Source of the DNA: Fimicolochytrium jonesii
Taxonomy: Eukaryota
Reading direction: 5' to 3'
DNA length: 64,000 nucleotides
Assembly (NCBI RefSeq): GCF_025526975.1
Contig: NW_026515668.1
Location: forward strand, 1,116,001 to 1,180,000
A program made the position numbers and the translations under genes. Shown here one piece after another: positions 61,609 to 64,000 of the stretch (the stretch's first letter is position 1; every line of letters starts with the position of its first letter). The notes beneath the pieces are model-generated. The model had not been told where the DNA came from and did not search any database. It saw only the letters and a list, made by a program, of their open reading frames with translations.

Positions 61609-62148
61609 TGTTATGGACGACGCGCCCATACCATAAGCCTACCTACTGACAGCCGCCAATGTCAACCGCCGAATGTCAAACGCCAATGTCAATGTCAATG
61701 TCAGTGTCAATGTCAGTGTCAATGTCAATGTCAATGCCACTCCCCCTCTCTCCTCTCATTTCGCCAATCCTCTTGCAATATCGCCACTCCTCCTCTCTCC
61801 TCTCATTTTGCCAATCCCCCCTTGGCTTCTCCACACCCCTCACTGCTTCCCCATAGCCAGCAGCTGTAGCAATGCTCTCTACGCTCGCCACGCACGCTCT
61901 AGGAGCATAGCTGGCGCCCCTCCCAGTCCCCTCTTGTTGTTGTTGTTATCTGATCTGCTGGGTTGCCTATCTATAAATAGCCGGCCTCTCTTCGTCCATT
62001 CCCTTCCTCCCCAGCAGATCAACACCGATTCTTCTCATCTCCTGTTCTAGTCCTTGTTTCTTGTTTTGCCAATACAATCTCTTGTTGCCTATCACCCTCG
62101 CCTTGTCTTCTCTGCTTTGCTTCCGCCCCCGTCGTCGAGATCATAACA
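61609..62148 (+). mobile_element. LTR2 (540 bp) of the same chromovirus family
   Basis: Colinear with LTR1, with roughly 14 substitutions by eye. It is preceded by a G8 run and followed by the priming site and gag. Confidence 0.95.
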
Positions 62149-62217
62149 GTTGGATCTGCTCCAACACTGCGAAGTTCAGAACCTGTCCAGCCCTGCATCC
62201 GACAAACCTTTTTCGCC

Positions 62218-63072
62218 ATGTCCCAACCCGAATCCGTACCTTTCACCGCCAAGCAATGGAACGATATGTGCCAAGCCATCGCCGCCTTGCAAAGCCAAAA
62301 CGCCAACTTGCAGGCCAACCTAGCGCAAGCCCAAGCCGACGCACAAGCTGCCCAGAGCATCGCCGCCCAGGTTCAAACCGATACGTACACCCGTCCCCAA
62401 GTCGTCAACCCTGCTCTGGAGCCAAGAATCAGCTCACCCGAGAAGTTTGATGGTACCCGCAGCAAATTCCGTGGGTGGTTGAACAACATCCGGTTGATGT
62501 TTGCTCTCCAGCCCGACCGCTACCCCAGCGACATCATCAAGATCCAAACTATTGGCACCTACCTCACCGGCACTGCGCAAGCCTGGATGGCGCCCCTAGT
62601 CAAACGCCAAGATCACAGCCTTCAGGACTTCAATAGTTTTATCAGTCAGATGCAATCGGTCTTCGGAGACAGCGACAGGGTCCGCACCTCTGAAAACAAG
62701 CTCCAGAACCTTCGCCAAACCCGTGCAGCAACCGAGTACGTCGCTGAGTTCCGCCAGGTACAATGCGATGTCTCCTGGAACGACCAGGCCCTGATTGCTA
62801 CCTTCCGCCGTGGGCTCAAAGAAGACGTCAAAGACCTGATGCTCACAATGCCCCCTGCGGCCACCATTGATGTGGTGATGGAGCAGGCTATCCAGTGCGA
62901 TAACCGGCTGTTTGAGCGCCGCCTGGAGCGAAAGAGAAGCCGCCAGACCTTCCCGGTTCCCCACACCTCGTTTACTACTACCACCACTGCCGACCACAGC
63001 GAGCCTATGCAGATCGACGCCGCTCGTCCCCGCAGCCCTCTGAGCCCTCAGGAACGCCAACGCCGCATTTCC
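62218..63072 (+). pseudogene. gag: Second gag copy, truncated before the zinc knuckle
   Basis: Near-identical to 59219-60072. Similarity stops after ...ERQRRIS at about 63072. Confidence 0.9.
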
Positions 63073-64000
63073 CCAACCGCAGAGGAGGTGCTACGGGGAC
63101 AGAGGAAGGCTTGTTGGGGTACGCGCTGTGGAAGTCCTGGAGGAGTGCGTCGGTATGGGTGAGGTGTTCCACGGGCTCCCAGGTGTTCTCAGAGTCAGGC
63201 CAGCCCTGCCATTTGACCAGGTACTGAAGGCGACAACGATGGATGCGAGAGTCAAGGATGGCTTCGACAACCCACTCTTCGTGACCCTCAACGGTCTCTG
63301 GGGGCGCGGGTTCGGGTTTGTGTCGTTCGGGGATGGTGAAGCGGGGTTCGAGGAGCGAGACATGGAAGACATCGTGGATTTTGTACGTAGGCGGGAGCTT
63401 GAGCTGGTAGGCGACGGGATTGATTTTTTCAACGATGGGGAATGGCCCAATCTTGCGATGGTCGAGTTTCTGAGAGGGCCGGGTTGTCTAGAGGTTTTTG
63501 CGGAGGAGCCAGACGTGGTCGCCAGGCTTGAAGTCCGGTCCAGGAATTCGTCTAGCGTCGCCGTAGCGCCTCATTTGATCTTGGGCTTCCTTGAGCTCGA
63601 AGGCGAGCAGTTCATGGACTTCCCTGATTTGTTTAGCGCGGGCTTCAGCGGCGGGGTTGACGGATTCGGAGGTAGCGGAGGCCGCGAAACTGAAGCGGGG
63701 GTGGAGACCCTTGTTGGCGTAGAAGGGGGTGGTCTGGGAGGCGGACTGGTGGGTGTTGTTGTAGGCGAACTCGGCGGACGACAGAAGCTGTTTCCAGTTG
63801 TCCTGTTGGTGGTTGCAAAAGCATCGGAGATACTGCTCCAGGATCTGGTTGGTGCGTTCCGTCTGGCCATCGCTCTGGGGGTGGAAGGCCGAGGAGAGGT
63901 TGGCTTTTGCCCCAAGGAGTTTGAGAAGTCGACGCCAGAACCGGGACTTAAACTGGGGTCCTCGGTCAGAGATGACGTCGTCGGGGAGGCCGTGGAGACG
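63071..64000 (-). pseudogene. pol: Integrase C-terminal half, GPF/Y module and chromodomain of a chromovirus, inverted relative to gag, with an in-frame stop
   Basis: The minus frame reads HGLPDDVISDRGPQF...SSAFHPQSDGQTERTNQILEQYLR...AEFAYNN...GPFPI...IHDVFHVSLL...EWVVEAILDSR...YLVKWQGWPDSENTWEP, with TAG at 63488-63490. Confidence 0.92.

Noticed and set aside
58610..62148. LTR1 and LTR2 as the two ends of one 3.5-kb element
   Set aside because: LTR2 is followed by a priming site and gag, the flanks (TGTAC versus GTTGG) are not a target duplication, and an inverted LTR end precedes LTR2.
1..64000. tRNA, rRNA or snoRNA genes
   Set aside because: None recognisable by eye. tRNAscan-SE or Infernal would be needed to exclude them.

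Overview
Intron-rich eukaryotic genomic DNA with GT-AG introns and CTAAC/CTGAC branch sites. It is fungal, and most likely an early-diverging, chytrid-like lineage (inference from gene content). About 16 spliced protein-coding genes can be reconstructed by eye: SKI2 (runs off the left edge), VTA1, a FAM135/DUF676 lipase-like gene, a CIA30-domain gene, SKP1, a tandem-MATH/coiled-coil/TM protein ending in EDEL, a secreted S1/P1 nuclease, a secreted Q/N/K-rich protein, a very large Cys-repeat single-pass receptor with a degenerate kinase domain, an unknown low-complexity ORF, a C2H2 transcription factor, DNA polymerase eta, eIF3c, two KGG/Con-10-like stress genes and an IQ-motif Pumilio protein. 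The last 7 kb is a nest of LTR retroelements: two tRNA-primed relics, and a chromodomain Ty3/gypsy family with a self-priming site, a -1 frameshift signal and an inverted rearrangement. The most interesting items are the receptor pseudokinase, the IQ-PUF fusion, the MATH-TM-EDEL protein and the retroelement architecture. Exon boundaries were read manually and no database searches were run.
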